Part shown: positions 48,408-58,888 of the stretch, one piece after another | Numbering within the stretch: the first letter of the stretch is position 1 | Layout: each line of letters begins with the position of its first letter | Source: Thermodesulfobacteriota bacterium | GTDB taxonomy: Bacteria > Desulfobacterota > Desulfobulbia > Desulfobulbales > SURF-16 | Assembly: GCA_040755455.1 (NCBI GenBank) | Contig: JBFMAY010000012.1 | Span: forward strand, 24,274-88,273 | DNA: 64,000 nucleotides | Direction of reading: 5' to 3' | Notes under the pieces: model-generated | The model's input: only the letters and a program-made list of their open reading frames with translations | Database searches by the model: none | Told to the model about the DNA's origin: nothing | Program-made: the position numbers and the translations under genes

Positions 48408-49739
48408 ATGAAAATCCTTGTGGTTGATGATGAGCAATTGCAGCGTGAGACGCTGAAAGGCTTTCTGGAGAAAAAGGGCTACCAGGTTTACAGCGCTGCC
48501 GACGGCGCCGAGGCCCTGGGGATCTTCAGCGCCTATCCGATCCAGCTGGCCTTGCTTGATCATAAAATGCCGGACATGAATGGCGATGAGCTGCTGGCCA
48601 AGATGAAGGAGATCAACCCGTTCATGCGCGCCATCATGATCACCGCCTACGGAGCAGTGGAAACCGCGGTGAAGGTGATGCGGCTCGGGGCCGACGACTT
48701 TCTGGAAAAACCGGTTGATCTGCTGGAACTGCTGGAAAAGATCGAAAACATCGAACAGCAGGTGGCCACGGAGGAGGATGTTGCCGCCATTGCCGAAACA
48801 ATCGACAACAATAAAGGACTGCCGTTGCAGGTCATCGGCGACAGCCCGGCCATGCGCAAACTGTTGTCCACCGTGCACCGGGTCTCCCAGACCCCATGGA
48901 CAGTGCTCATCCGGGGCGAGACCGGCACGGGCAAGGAACTCATTGCCCACCTGATTCACCTGCTCAGCGCCCGCAGCCAGGCCCCGTTTATCGAGGTTAA
49001 TTGCGCAGCCATCCCGGAGAACCTTTTCGAGTCAGAGCTGTTCGGCCATGAAAAAGGGGCCTTTACCGGCGCCTCCGGCAAAAGGAAGGGGCGTTTTGAA
49101 CTGGCCCAGGCGGGCAGCCTTTTTCTCGATGAAGTGGGGGAACTGCCGCTCAACCTGCAGGCCAAACTGCTGCGGGCCCTGCAGGAAAAGAAGATCAGCC
49201 GGGTGGGGAGCGAGGTGGACATCGAAGTGGACGTGCGGGTGCTGGCCGCTACCAACCGCGACCTCCGGCAGCTGGTGGCGGAGGGCAAGTTCCGGGAAGA
49301 CCTGTACTACCGGCTCAATGTCCTGGAAATTGACATCCCTCCCCTGAGAAACCGCAAAGAGGATATTCCCCAGCTGGTTGACTTCTTCCTTGAACGTTAC
49401 AGTCTACGGCCGGTGCGCTTTGATCCGGAAGCTGTGGCAACCCTGGTCAAATATCCCTTTCCCGGCAATGTGCGCGAACTTGAGCACCTCATCCAGCGGA
49501 CGGTGACCATGGCCCGGGGCCCTGTGGTGCGCATGGCGGATCTGCCGGCGGAAATGCGGTATCATAAGGCGAGCGAACAGGGCAATCTTGCCGACCGGCT
49601 GGAGGCAATGGAGCGGGACATGATCCTGGCCGCCCTGGAGAAAAACGACTGGGTGCAGACCAGGGCGGCCGAATCGCTGGGCATCAGCGAAAGGGTCCTG
49701 CGCTACAAAATGGGGAAACACGGGATAAAAAAAAATTAA
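48408..49739 (+). CDS. sigma54-dependent response regulator (NtrC/ZraR/AtoC family)
   Basis: REC domain, GETGTGKE, ESELFGHEKGAFTGA, FPGNVREL and Fis-type HTH; start ATG 48408. Confidence 0.95.
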   Translation: MKILVVDDEQLQRETLKGFLEKKGYQVYSAADGAEALGIFSAYPIQLALLDHKMPDMNGDELLAKMKEINPFMRAIMITAYGAVETAVKVMRLGADDFLEKPVDLLELLEKIENIEQQVATEEDVAAIAETIDNNKGLPLQVIGDSPAMRKLLSTVHRVSQTPWTVLIRGETGTGKELIAHLIHLLSARSQAPFIEVNCAAIPENLFESELFGHEKGAFTGASGKRKGRFELAQAGSLFLDEVGELPLNLQAKLLRALQEKKISRVGSEVDIEVDVRVLAATNRDLRQLVAEGKFREDLYYRLNVLEIDIPPLRNRKEDIPQLVDFFLERYSLRPVRFDPEAVATLVKYPFPGNVRELEHLIQRTVTMARGPVVRMADLPAEMRYHKASEQGNLADRLEAMERDMILAALEKNDWVQTRAAESLGISERVLRYKMGKHGIKKN

Positions 49740-49745
49740 AAAAGA

Positions 49746-52700
49746 TCAACCACCATCCAGCACCTTGCGCACCACCTCGGCAAGTTCCTTGCGCACCACC
49801 GGTTTTAAGATGAAGGCATTGATGCCGGCCTCCTTTATTTCTTCCTCGGAAAAACCGGTATTATACCCCGTGCAGAGCAGGATCGGCAGATCAGGCCGGA
49901 TTTTCCTGATCGCCTTGGCAAGATCAATGCCCGTCATGTGCGGCATGGTAAAATCGGTGATCACCAGATCAACCTCCCCGGCATGCTCCTTGAAATAGGC
50001 CAAGGCCTCTCTACTGTCGGTTTTGCCGGCCACCCGGTAGCCGAGCATCTCAAGCATCTGCTGGGCGATATCCACGATAAATTCCTCGTCGTCGACAAAG
50101 ACAATATGCTCTTTGCCCCCGGGAATTATCTCATCTTCCTCTTCTTTTTTGATATTTTCCCTGGTATGAATCGGTAGATAAACACTAAATGAGCTGCCCT
50201 TGCCCGGCTCGCTATGAACCACAATGGTGCCGCCCAGACTGCGGACGATGCCATGCACCACGGAAAGGCCCATGCCGGTGCCTTCGCCCTCTCCCTTGGT
50301 GGTAAAAAAGGGATCGAAAATTCTTTCCTTGATGTCATGACTCATGCCATGGCCGGTATCGCTGATGGTCAGACGCAGAAACTGACCAGGTTTGATTTCA
50401 GGGTGCACCCGGGCAAAATCATGGTCCAGATCCACGCTGAGGAGGGAGATATCAAGAATGCCGCCGCTCTTGCGCATGGCATGCCCGGCATTGGTGCAGA
50501 GGTTCATGATAATCTGATGGATGCTGGTCGGGTCGGCCAGCACCGCCTCATTGGCCTGCAGATTGGTGCGGATCTCAATGGTTGACGGCAATGAGGCCTC
50601 CAGCAGCTTGATGGTCTCCTTGACGATGATTTTAGGCTGTATCGGCTGCGGCCTGATATCCGTCTGGCGGCTGAAGGTTAGAATCTGTTTGACCAGGTCC
50701 CGGGCCCGGCCCGCCGCCTCGAGTATTTTTACCAGACAGCGATGGGCGCCGGGCGTTGCCGCTGTTTCAAGTTTGGCTATCTCGGCAAAACCGAAAATGG
50801 CTGACAGAATATTATTGAAATCATGGGCAATACCCCCGGCCAGGGTGCCAATGGCCTCCATTTTCTGGCTCTGCCGGAACATCGCTTCAACCTTGATCTG
50901 CTCGGTCACATCACGTTTGACAAATACATAACCCATCCGGCTGCCGGCAGGATCGAAAATCGGCGATACCGTGGCGTCCGCCTCGACCAGGCTGCTGTCC
51001 TTCCTTTTGGTGCTTATCCGGCCCCGCCACACCTCTCCGGCCCGGAGAGCAGCCCACATTTCCCTGGCGGCATGGTCATCCTTCTTACTTTCTAAAAAAG
51101 AGACGGCCTTGCCCACGGCCTCTGCCCGGGAGTAGCCGGAAATCTGTTCAAAAGCCGGATTGGCGTATTCAATTATCCCCTCGCTGTCGGTAATAATGAT
51201 CTCCTCAGCCGCCTGTTCGATGGCCGAGGCCTGCCGGGCCAGCTGCCTTTCCACCTGCTTGCGCCCGGTAATATCCCTGATGATGGCCTGGAGATAGGCA
51301 TTATCGGCAAATTCAATAACATTGAGACTCACCTCCACCTCAAAAGTGGAGCCATCGAGCCGCTGGTACGTCCATTCAAAAAATTGCGGTTTGCCGGCCA
51401 GGGCCAGCTTGTTCTTTTCCAGGATCTTTTCCCGGGAATCACTGCCATCCGGCTGCACGGCCGGAGAAAACCTGTCAGTCTCCTGACCGATCAGCTCTTC
51501 CCGCCTGCAGGCAAACACTTGCAGGGCCTGCCGGTTGCAGTCAACGCAGATATTATTCTGGGCAATGATGATGGCATCACTGGCCGAGTCAAACAGCAAG
51601 CGGTAACGCCTTTCGTTCTCTTTCAGCTCGCTCATGACACGATTTCGTTCCGCCACCATGCCGTTGGCCGATGCCGCCAATTGCTGGAACTCAACAAAGT
51701 CCAGTGAGGTGCTGTCAATCTGCTGCGACTCGGAAGCTGCCTTGTGGAAAAAAGAGCTGAGGGCGGCAAAATTGTTCTTGGTTTTGTTGCTAATGCGGCG
51801 GGCGATCACAAAAGAGATGAGAAGCAAACCGCCAAGCAGCATGAGGGTGACGACGATATTTTCCCACAGACGGGCAACCATCGCCACCCGCTCCTCCTCC
51901 AGGGTCTTTTCAATGTCATCAAGATATTCCCCGGCCCCCACATACCACTGCCAGTCATCAATGCTCAAGACATAGCTGGTTTTCAGTGCCCGCCTTTGCC
52001 CCGCGATATCAGGCATCACATAATAAATATAGCCGCCGCCGGCCTTGGCAAGATCAATCATTTCCCGGGCAATCCTGGTTATATCCGGGTCACTTGCGGC
52101 GAGCAGATTCTGCCCTTTGCCGAAGCCTGCCAGGCCCAGACCATCCCACTGGCCGGCGAAAATGTAACCTTCCCGGCCGAAGCTCATCTCATTGATACGG
52201 TCAAGCACCTCATTCTTGATCTCAGCCTCCATGTCGTCAAGATAGACACCGGTGCCGATCAGCCAGTTGAATGGCGCAAAATATTTAATGAAGGAAACCT
52301 TGCGGAAATTGTCCCCCTGGGCCTGCGGCTTGGTCCAGTGGTAAGCATAAAAGCCTTCACCCTGCTCCTGCACCAGGGCAATCATGTCGCGAAAGAGATA
52401 GTTCCCCTGCGTATCCTGCAGATCCAGAACATTCTTGCCTTCAAGTGCCTGGTTGTCGGGGAAAAGCTGATCAACGCCATCAAGAGATACGGCAAAATAA
52501 TAGTCATTGCCATCACGATAACGGAGGGCGCGCAATGCCTCCCGCACCATGGACTGCATTTCCTCACTGCTTTTGTTGTCCTTATAGGTGCTATGGATAT
52601 GAGAAGCCAGGGCATGGGCCTCATTAACCCTTGCCTTGATGTCCGCCCGCAGAATCTCCTCGGTCTGCGAGCTCCTGATGCGGATGCAGTCAACGACATT

Positions 52701-52925
52701 CTCGACCTGTTTTTTCAAATCCGCCTTACGGGATTTGAGCTGCACCGCCCGCATCGCCTCAGCCTGCCTGTTGAAATTCGCATACTCCTGAAAAATCCAC
52801 AAAGAACCGAGCAAGCCGATGGCCAGGGCCACCAGCATGCTCATATTGAGGAGAAGGGTGCGGGAAAAACTCTTGGAAAGAGATAGCATAATAACCGGCT
52901 GCTGACTAGGCTCCTGGCTTGACAT
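49746..52925 (-). CDS. Hybrid sensor kinase (Cache-type periplasmic domains, 2 PAS, HisKA, HATPase, REC)
   Basis: Cache-like YFA...YHWTKP...IGTGVY repeats, PAS domains, AHDFNNIL, NLCTNA, GTGMGL and C-terminal VDDE..TDFTMP. Confidence 0.93.
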   Translation of the reverse strand: MSSQEPSQQPVIMLSLSKSFSRTLLLNMSMLVALAIGLLGSLWIFQEYANFNRQAEAMRAVQLKSRKADLKKQVENVVDCIRIRSSQTEEILRADIKARVNEAHALASHIHSTYKDNKSSEEMQSMVREALRALRYRDGNDYYFAVSLDGVDQLFPDNQALEGKNVLDLQDTQGNYLFRDMIALVQEQGEGFYAYHWTKPQAQGDNFRKVSFIKYFAPFNWLIGTGVYLDDMEAEIKNEVLDRINEMSFGREGYIFAGQWDGLGLAGFGKGQNLLAASDPDITRIAREMIDLAKAGGGYIYYVMPDIAGQRRALKTSYVLSIDDWQWYVGAGEYLDDIEKTLEEERVAMVARLWENIVVTLMLLGGLLLISFVIARRISNKTKNNFAALSSFFHKAASESQQIDSTSLDFVEFQQLAASANGMVAERNRVMSELKENERRYRLLFDSASDAIIIAQNNICVDCNRQALQVFACRREELIGQETDRFSPAVQPDGSDSREKILEKNKLALAGKPQFFEWTYQRLDGSTFEVEVSLNVIEFADNAYLQAIIRDITGRKQVERQLARQASAIEQAAEEIIITDSEGIIEYANPAFEQISGYSRAEAVGKAVSFLESKKDDHAAREMWAALRAGEVWRGRISTKRKDSSLVEADATVSPIFDPAGSRMGYVFVKRDVTEQIKVEAMFRQSQKMEAIGTLAGGIAHDFNNILSAIFGFAEIAKLETAATPGAHRCLVKILEAAGRARDLVKQILTFSRQTDIRPQPIQPKIIVKETIKLLEASLPSTIEIRTNLQANEAVLADPTSIHQIIMNLCTNAGHAMRKSGGILDISLLSVDLDHDFARVHPEIKPGQFLRLTISDTGHGMSHDIKERIFDPFFTTKGEGEGTGMGLSVVHGIVRSLGGTIVVHSEPGKGSSFSVYLPIHTRENIKKEEEDEIIPGGKEHIVFVDDEEFIVDIAQQMLEMLGYRVAGKTDSREALAYFKEHAGEVDLVITDFTMPHMTGIDLAKAIRKIRPDLPILLCTGYNTGFSEEEIKEAGINAFILKPVVRKELAEVVRKVLDGG

Positions 52926-53025
52926 GCATGGTTAAGGAAGAAGAGACATCATCATTTTTTATATAACGGGGAAAACCTCCGTGTCAATGGTGATCATTGC
53001 TCATTCTTGCAGTGATTTTGAAAAG

Positions 53026-54675
53026 TTATGCCATGCTAACCGCCAGCAGGGCCGCGCCCAGGGCATTCCCCACCTCATAGTACTCAGGGAAAAAGACCTC
53101 GGTCCCCAGTTTTTCAGCAACCCTGGGCAGCAGATGGCGGGCCGCGGCGCCAATACCAACTATCGGCACCTTGGCCGAAAAACGTAAGTCGAATAAAGAA
53201 CTCTGGCGATAATGAGGGAAAAAGCCGGTCATGGTTTTGCCTGTTTCAATTTTCAGGATATGGTCAAGTATGGCATCCTCAATTCTCTGCTCAACCCCGG
53301 CAAGCACCTGCCGGCAGAATTCTTCCACGCCTATGCCGAGGACGGCGGCCAGACGCTCCGCCCCTTGCACCGCACTCTCCCGGTCGCCCAGCGCAAGATG
53401 GCCGAGAACATGCAGGGCATCGGTAGGGGTAAAGCCGGTTTCCACGATCAGCTGCAGCTGGCTTAACTCCTTGAGATGGCTCACCAGGGTGATTTCAGCC
53501 ATGTCAAAATGATCCTTCAGCACCTGCGGCGTGGCCGGTCCATGCTTGACGAGATACGCCAGCACCTTGTCCTGTTCCGCCTCCTCGGGGGCGATATCAG
53601 GCCCGGCCATGACGCATCTGTCCAGCAGGCCCTTGCCGATCCACAACGACGGGGCCGGCGTTTGCCCGGACATGGCCAGGGGCAATACCCTTACCGGGCC
53701 GACACTGAGCTTACCCCGCTCGCTGACCGAGGCATGACTGTCGCCTCCGGCGCCCACTGTCGACATCTGGACGGCATCGACCTGGGTCAGCCATTCGCCG
53801 ATGAGGCTGCCCTGCTCATCAATGACCGGGCGGCCGCCTCTGATCAGGGTGATGTCGGTGGTGGTGCCGCCGACATCGACAATCAGCGCATCCGGGGCGG
53901 GGGAGAATGACAGGCCGTACCAGGCCGTGGCGGCAGGGCCGCTGGCCACCGTGGAAGCCGCCTGCTTATGAGTGTTGCTGATTTCCATCGGCCGCGCATC
54001 ACCGCGGATGATATAGACCTTGCCGGCAATGCCCAGCGCGGTCAGGGAGTCCTGCATGCCGGTCAGAAAATCCTGCATGATCGGCATGAGCCGGGCGTTG
54101 AGGACGGACGTTGCCGCCCTCTCCCTGATCCCAGGCCGGTCGCTGACCTCATGGGAGCAGAAGACCGGCTTGGGATCAATCAGGCTGATGGCCTTTTCCA
54201 TGATCTTCTCATGGTTCGGATTGACGATGCTCATGGCGGCGCAGACCGCATAGGCGTCCACGTGGTCCTTGAAGCGCTGCACGGCATCCACCAGTCCTTC
54301 CATGTCAAGGGGTTCTTGCTCTTCGCCCAGGTGATTATGCCCGCCCCGCAGAAAGGTCGCCGACACCACCGGCAAATTAAAATGCTTGGCCGGCCCGGCC
54401 ACCAGCAATCCCACCTCCGCGCCCTTGCCCTCAACCACCGCATTGGTGGCCAGGGTGGTGGAGACAGCGACCAGTTCCACCTCCGCCGGCCGCACCTCGG
54501 CCCGGGAAAACAGCTGCTGCAGACATTTAGATATCCCCAGGCTGAGATTATGGTGCGTGGTGGGATACTTGGCGACGAATATCACCTTGTTTTCCGGGCG
54601 CAGGAGCAACACCGCGTCGGTATAGGTTCCACCGGTATCAATGCCGATAATGTATGATTTGTTATCCGTTTTCAT
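53026..54675 (-). CDS. Hydantoinase/oxoprolinase A-type ATPase (acetate/sugar kinase fold)
   Basis: GIDTGGTYTD, STTLATNA, SGPAA, VDVGGTTTDI, TPTDALH and GNALGA. Confidence 0.9.
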   Translation of the reverse strand: MKTDNKSYIIGIDTGGTYTDAVLLLRPENKVIFVAKYPTTHHNLSLGISKCLQQLFSRAEVRPAEVELVAVSTTLATNAVVEGKGAEVGLLVAGPAKHFNLPVVSATFLRGGHNHLGEEQEPLDMEGLVDAVQRFKDHVDAYAVCAAMSIVNPNHEKIMEKAISLIDPKPVFCSHEVSDRPGIRERAATSVLNARLMPIMQDFLTGMQDSLTALGIAGKVYIIRGDARPMEISNTHKQAASTVASGPAATAWYGLSFSPAPDALIVDVGGTTTDITLIRGGRPVIDEQGSLIGEWLTQVDAVQMSTVGAGGDSHASVSERGKLSVGPVRVLPLAMSGQTPAPSLWIGKGLLDRCVMAGPDIAPEEAEQDKVLAYLVKHGPATPQVLKDHFDMAEITLVSHLKELSQLQLIVETGFTPTDALHVLGHLALGDRESAVQGAERLAAVLGIGVEEFCRQVLAGVEQRIEDAILDHILKIETGKTMTGFFPHYRQSSLFDLRFSAKVPIVGIGAAARHLLPRVAEKLGTEVFFPEYYEVGNALGAALLAVSMA

Positions 54676-54773
54676 TTTTTTTCTTTATATAATAGTTGTA
54701 TTGAGTTAATGCCCTTGCCCGCAAACAGGGCAATTACCGAAAAAACAAAACCTTGCGGCACCTTCCTGACAGC

Positions 54774-54802
54774 TTGACCCCTGCCCGGGAAAATACTATG
54801 AT
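54774..54802 (+). promoter_or_regulatory. Putative sigma70 promoter for the HDOD-MBL genes
   Basis: TTGACC-N17-TATGAT, about 40 nt upstream of the HDOD start. Confidence 0.55.
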
Positions 54803-54841
54803 GGGTTAATTTTTTTCGCAGGTTATAAGAAAGAGAAGCCA

Positions 54842-55729
54842 ATGGCAAATCCTTTAGACATTAAAGAAGAACTTTTTCGTCAACTTCGTGACTTTATCGA
54901 CAGAATGCCCAGTCTGTCAACCACGGTAACGAAGGTGATGGAGGTCTGCAACCAGCCAAACACCTCTCCCAACGACCTTAACCGCGTCATTGCCCTCGAC
55001 CCTGTTCTCACCGGCCATGTCTTAAAGCTTATCAACTCCGCCTACTACTCCCTGCCCAATCAGGTCACCTCGCTGACCCGCGCCATCATCATGCTGGGAC
55101 TGAACACGGTAAAGAACCTGGCATTGAGCACCGCCGTCCTCGGCACCCTGGGCAAGGAGAAATCCCAGTGTTTCTCAATGGATACATTCTGGACCCACTC
55201 AATCTGCGTCGGGGTTGCGGCCAAGGCCCTGGCCGCGGAAAAAAACGTGCCCCTGACCCTGCGCGAGGAATACTTTGTCACCGGGCTGCTGCACGATCTC
55301 GGCAAGATCCCGCTGTCAAACTGTTTTCCGGAACAGTATCAGCAGGCCCTTGATCTGGCCGACCTGCAGCGCTGCAGCCTGGTGCGGGCCGAAAAAATGA
55401 TTTTTGGTTTTGATCACCGGTTGACCGGTAAAATGATCGGAGAGAAATGGCAGCTCAACCCCTCGATGATCGCCTGCCTCACCCACCACCATAACCCGGA
55501 GACCGTCACCGAAGACAAACGGGGGCTGGTATCCACCATAGCCCTGGCCAACCTGTTCGCCAATACCTTTGCCATCGGCTCGGCCGGAGATATCCACCAG
55601 GAGGTGCCGGTGGTGGAACAGATCATCGCCACTGCCGGCATGCCATGGCCCAGGGTTGCCGCTCTGCATGATACTGTGCAGGAAGAAATTGCAAAGGCCC
55701 AGGTTTTTCTGCAGATTACCAAGGAGTGA
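54842..55729 (+). CDS. HDOD domain protein
   Basis: DPVLTGHVLKLINSAYY, FWTHS, GLLHDLGK and HH motifs. Confidence 0.92.
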   Translation: MANPLDIKEELFRQLRDFIDRMPSLSTTVTKVMEVCNQPNTSPNDLNRVIALDPVLTGHVLKLINSAYYSLPNQVTSLTRAIIMLGLNTVKNLALSTAVLGTLGKEKSQCFSMDTFWTHSICVGVAAKALAAEKNVPLTLREEYFVTGLLHDLGKIPLSNCFPEQYQQALDLADLQRCSLVRAEKMIFGFDHRLTGKMIGEKWQLNPSMIACLTHHHNPETVTEDKRGLVSTIALANLFANTFAIGSAGDIHQEVPVVEQIIATAGMPWPRVAALHDTVQEEIAKAQVFLQITKE

Positions 55730-55732
55730 CAG

Positions 55733-56650
55733 ATGAAAATAAAATTCTGGGGCGTGCGCGGCTCCATTCCCTGCCCCGGACCGCTTACCATGAAGTATGG
55801 AGGCAATACCCCCTGCCTGGAGGTCCGTTTTCCCGATATTGACCGGCTAATCATCATCGATGCCGGCTCCGGCATCCGCGAGCTCGGCAATTTCATGATG
55901 AAACACGACCTGCCCAAAGGTCCTATTCAAACCGAAATCTTTCTCTCCCACACCCACTGGGACCACATCATGGGCTTTCCTTTTTTCACGCCCATCTATA
56001 TTCCCGGCAGCAGGCTGAAGGTCTACGGACCTGTCTCCTACGAACAGGACACCCTGGAAAAAATTGTCGGCGGCCAGCTCACATACCGGTATTTCCCGGT
56101 GCGGGGGGAAGAACTCGGCGCCTCGATCACCTACATCGACCTCAAGGAAGGGGAATTCGACCTGGGCGACGGCATTAGGCTCACCACCAAATACCTGAAT
56201 CATCCCATCCTCTGCCTGGGATACCGTTTCGAATACCGGGGGAAAATCCTGTGCACTGCCTACGACACCGAACCCTTCCGCAACCTTTTTGTCACCGATC
56301 CTGCCCACCCCTCCTATGACGAGACCATGGCCAGCGAGGGGCAGCTGGTGGCCCAGGAACAGAACGAGGTGCTGGAGAAATTCGTGGCCGGCGCCGACCT
56401 GCTCATCTACGACTGTCAGTACACCAAGGCCGAATACGAGTCGGGCAAGGCCGGCTGGGGGCATTCCTATTTTGAATATGTCTGCCCCATGGCCATCCGC
56501 AACAAGGTCAAATCCCTGGCCCTTTTTCACCATGAACCCATGCGCACCGACAAGCAGATAGATGAACTGACCAATATCCATTGCCGGAGCGCGCAACAGG
56601 GGGACACGGAAATCTTCTTTGCCAGGGAGGGCATGGAAATTACCCTCTGA
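55733..56650 (+). CDS. MBL-fold metallo-hydrolase (phosphodiesterase-like)
   Basis: FWGVRGS, YGGNT, DAGSG, SHTHWDH (HxHxDH), WGHS and FHHEP. Confidence 0.9.
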   Translation: MKIKFWGVRGSIPCPGPLTMKYGGNTPCLEVRFPDIDRLIIIDAGSGIRELGNFMMKHDLPKGPIQTEIFLSHTHWDHIMGFPFFTPIYIPGSRLKVYGPVSYEQDTLEKIVGGQLTYRYFPVRGEELGASITYIDLKEGEFDLGDGIRLTTKYLNHPILCLGYRFEYRGKILCTAYDTEPFRNLFVTDPAHPSYDETMASEGQLVAQEQNEVLEKFVAGADLLIYDCQYTKAEYESGKAGWGHSYFEYVCPMAIRNKVKSLALFHHEPMRTDKQIDELTNIHCRSAQQGDTEIFFAREGMEITL

Positions 56651-56710
56651 GACGCTGCCATGAAAAATCCGGCCCCATCAACCGACCTCCACTGACTGTC
56701 ACCAGCCGGC

Positions 56711-58888
56711 ATGTCCGCGGAAACGCTGCAAACCATCCAGGGCACCCTGGAGCGCATCACCTTTCACAACGAGGAAAACGGCTTTACCGTGGCCCGCTTG
56801 CAACAGCAAGACAAGGGCGGCGAGCTGACCACCATTGTCGGCTATCTCGCCGGCGTGCCGGTGGGCTCTACCCTGTCTCTAGCCGGCTGGTGGGTTAAGG
56901 ACCCGCGGCACGGCTGGCAGTTCCAGGTCAAACAATATGCCCTGGAGCGGCCCAATACCCTCAACGGCATCGAACGCTACCTCGGCTCAGGCCTGATCAG
57001 GGGGATTGGCCCCCGGTTTGCGGCCAGGATCGTCAAACACTTCGGCCTGACCACCCTGGCTATTCTGGAAAAGGAGCCTGACCGGCTGGCTGAAGTGGCT
57101 GGGCTGGGGAGCAAAAGAATTGCCCAGATCAGGGAGGCATGGCAGGAACAGAAAAATATCCACCAGATCATGATCTTTCTCCAGGGCCAGGGTATTTCAG
57201 CAACCTTTGCCGTCAAGATCTTTAAAACTTACGGGGCCGAGGCCCTGCAGATTGTCCGGACAAACCCTTACCGGCTGGCTGAGGATATCTGGGGCATCGG
57301 CTTTAAGAGCGCCGACCGCATCGCCCTGGCCATGGGCATTGCCCAGCAGGACCCCAGGAGGGCCAGGGCCGGGCTGCTCTTTGCCCTGAATGAGGCGGCG
57401 GGCGACGGCCACTGTTATGTTGACCAGCAGCACCTCATCAGCCTATGCCACAAACTGCTTGATCCGGGGGAGGAACTCCCCGCTCTCCAGCCCATGATCG
57501 CCGCTGAAATTCCGGCCCTGATTGCTGACGGCAAAATCATGCGCGATGAAGAGCGCATTTACCTGGCCCCGCTTTTTTATGCGGAAAAAGGGGTGACTGC
57601 AAATCTCACGGCCCTTGCCGCATCCTCACCTCAACTCCCCGCCATGCAGCTTGACCGGGCCCTGGCCCGGGCTGCGCGGCAAATGGGCGTCACTTTTGCC
57701 CCGGAACAGGAGGAAGCACTGAAAACCGCGGTGCGCAACAGGGTGGCCATCATCACCGGCGGCCCGGGAACCGGCAAAAGCACCATCCTCAAAGGCCTGC
57801 TGCTCATCCTGGCGGCCAAAGGCGTGGCCATTGAGCTGGCCGCCCCCACCGGCCGCGCGGCAAAAAGGTTGGCCGAGGCCTGCGGCCGGGAAGCCCGCAC
57901 CATTCACCGCCTGCTGGAATACGACCCGTCCATCCGCGGCTTTAAAAGAAACAGCGAGCATCCCCTCAGGGCGGATCTCATCATCGTGGACGAGTCCTCC
58001 ATGCTCGACATCGTGCTGGCCAACTCCCTGTTCAAGGCCGTGGCCCATGGCGCGTCCCTGCTGCTGGTGGGAGACGTGGACCAGCTCCCCTCGGTGGGGC
58101 CGGGCAACGTCCTGCGGGACTGCATTGACTCAGGGGTCTTTCCGGTGGCGCGGCTGACCAGGATCTTCCGCCAGGGTGAGGGATCATTGATCAGCTTGAA
58201 CGCTGCGCGCATCAACCGGGGGGAATTTCTCGAGCTGCTGCCCGACTATCAGGGGCACAAGGACTTTTATTTTATCAGGCGTGATGAACCGGAAGAGATT
58301 GAACAGGAAATACGCAGTCTCTGCGGCGGCCGTCTGCAAAAAAAATTCGGCTTCGATGCCCTGCGGGACATCCAGGTGCTCACCCCCATGCGCAAGGGCA
58401 TCATCGGCAGCGACAACCTCAACCGCACCCTGCAGCAGACCGTAAACCCCCAGGCGGCCGAGCAGGCAGCCGGCGGCTTACGGCAATTTCTCATCAATGA
58501 CAAGGTAATGCAGATCAGAAACAATTACGACAAAGAGGTCTTTAACGGCGATATCGGCTTTGTCACGGCAAAAAATGAGGAAGAGCAGACGATCACCATT
58601 GATTTTGAAGGCAAGGAGGTGGTATACGAAGCGGCGGATTTCGGCGAAATCGTGCTGGCCTATGCCATCACCGTGCACAAGTCCCAGGGCTCGGAGTTCA
58701 AATGCATCATCCTGCCGATCCATACCTGCCATTACCCCCTGCTGCAGAAAAATCTCCTCTACACCGCCGTCACCAGGGGCAAGAAGCTGGTGATCCTGGT
58801 CGGCAGCTTCAAGGCGGTCGGCATGGCCATCAGCAATAACAGGGTCGAGCGGCGCAACAGCCGCCTGGCGGAAAGATTACGGGGCTGA
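56711..58888 (+). CDS. recD2: ATP-dependent RecD2 helicase
   Basis: N-terminal OB and HhH regions (GIGPRFA, GIGFKSAD), GGPGTGKS, APTGRAAKR, DESSM and AYAITVHKSQGSEF. Confidence 0.95.
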   Translation: MSAETLQTIQGTLERITFHNEENGFTVARLQQQDKGGELTTIVGYLAGVPVGSTLSLAGWWVKDPRHGWQFQVKQYALERPNTLNGIERYLGSGLIRGIGPRFAARIVKHFGLTTLAILEKEPDRLAEVAGLGSKRIAQIREAWQEQKNIHQIMIFLQGQGISATFAVKIFKTYGAEALQIVRTNPYRLAEDIWGIGFKSADRIALAMGIAQQDPRRARAGLLFALNEAAGDGHCYVDQQHLISLCHKLLDPGEELPALQPMIAAEIPALIADGKIMRDEERIYLAPLFYAEKGVTANLTALAASSPQLPAMQLDRALARAARQMGVTFAPEQEEALKTAVRNRVAIITGGPGTGKSTILKGLLLILAAKGVAIELAAPTGRAAKRLAEACGREARTIHRLLEYDPSIRGFKRNSEHPLRADLIIVDESSMLDIVLANSLFKAVAHGASLLLVGDVDQLPSVGPGNVLRDCIDSGVFPVARLTRIFRQGEGSLISLNAARINRGEFLELLPDYQGHKDFYFIRRDEPEEIEQEIRSLCGGRLQKKFGFDALRDIQVLTPMRKGIIGSDNLNRTLQQTVNPQAAEQAAGGLRQFLINDKVMQIRNNYDKEVFNGDIGFVTAKNEEEQTITIDFEGKEVVYEAADFGEIVLAYAITVHKSQGSEFKCIILPIHTCHYPLLQKNLLYTAVTRGKKLVILVGSFKAVGMAISNNRVERRNSRLAERLRG

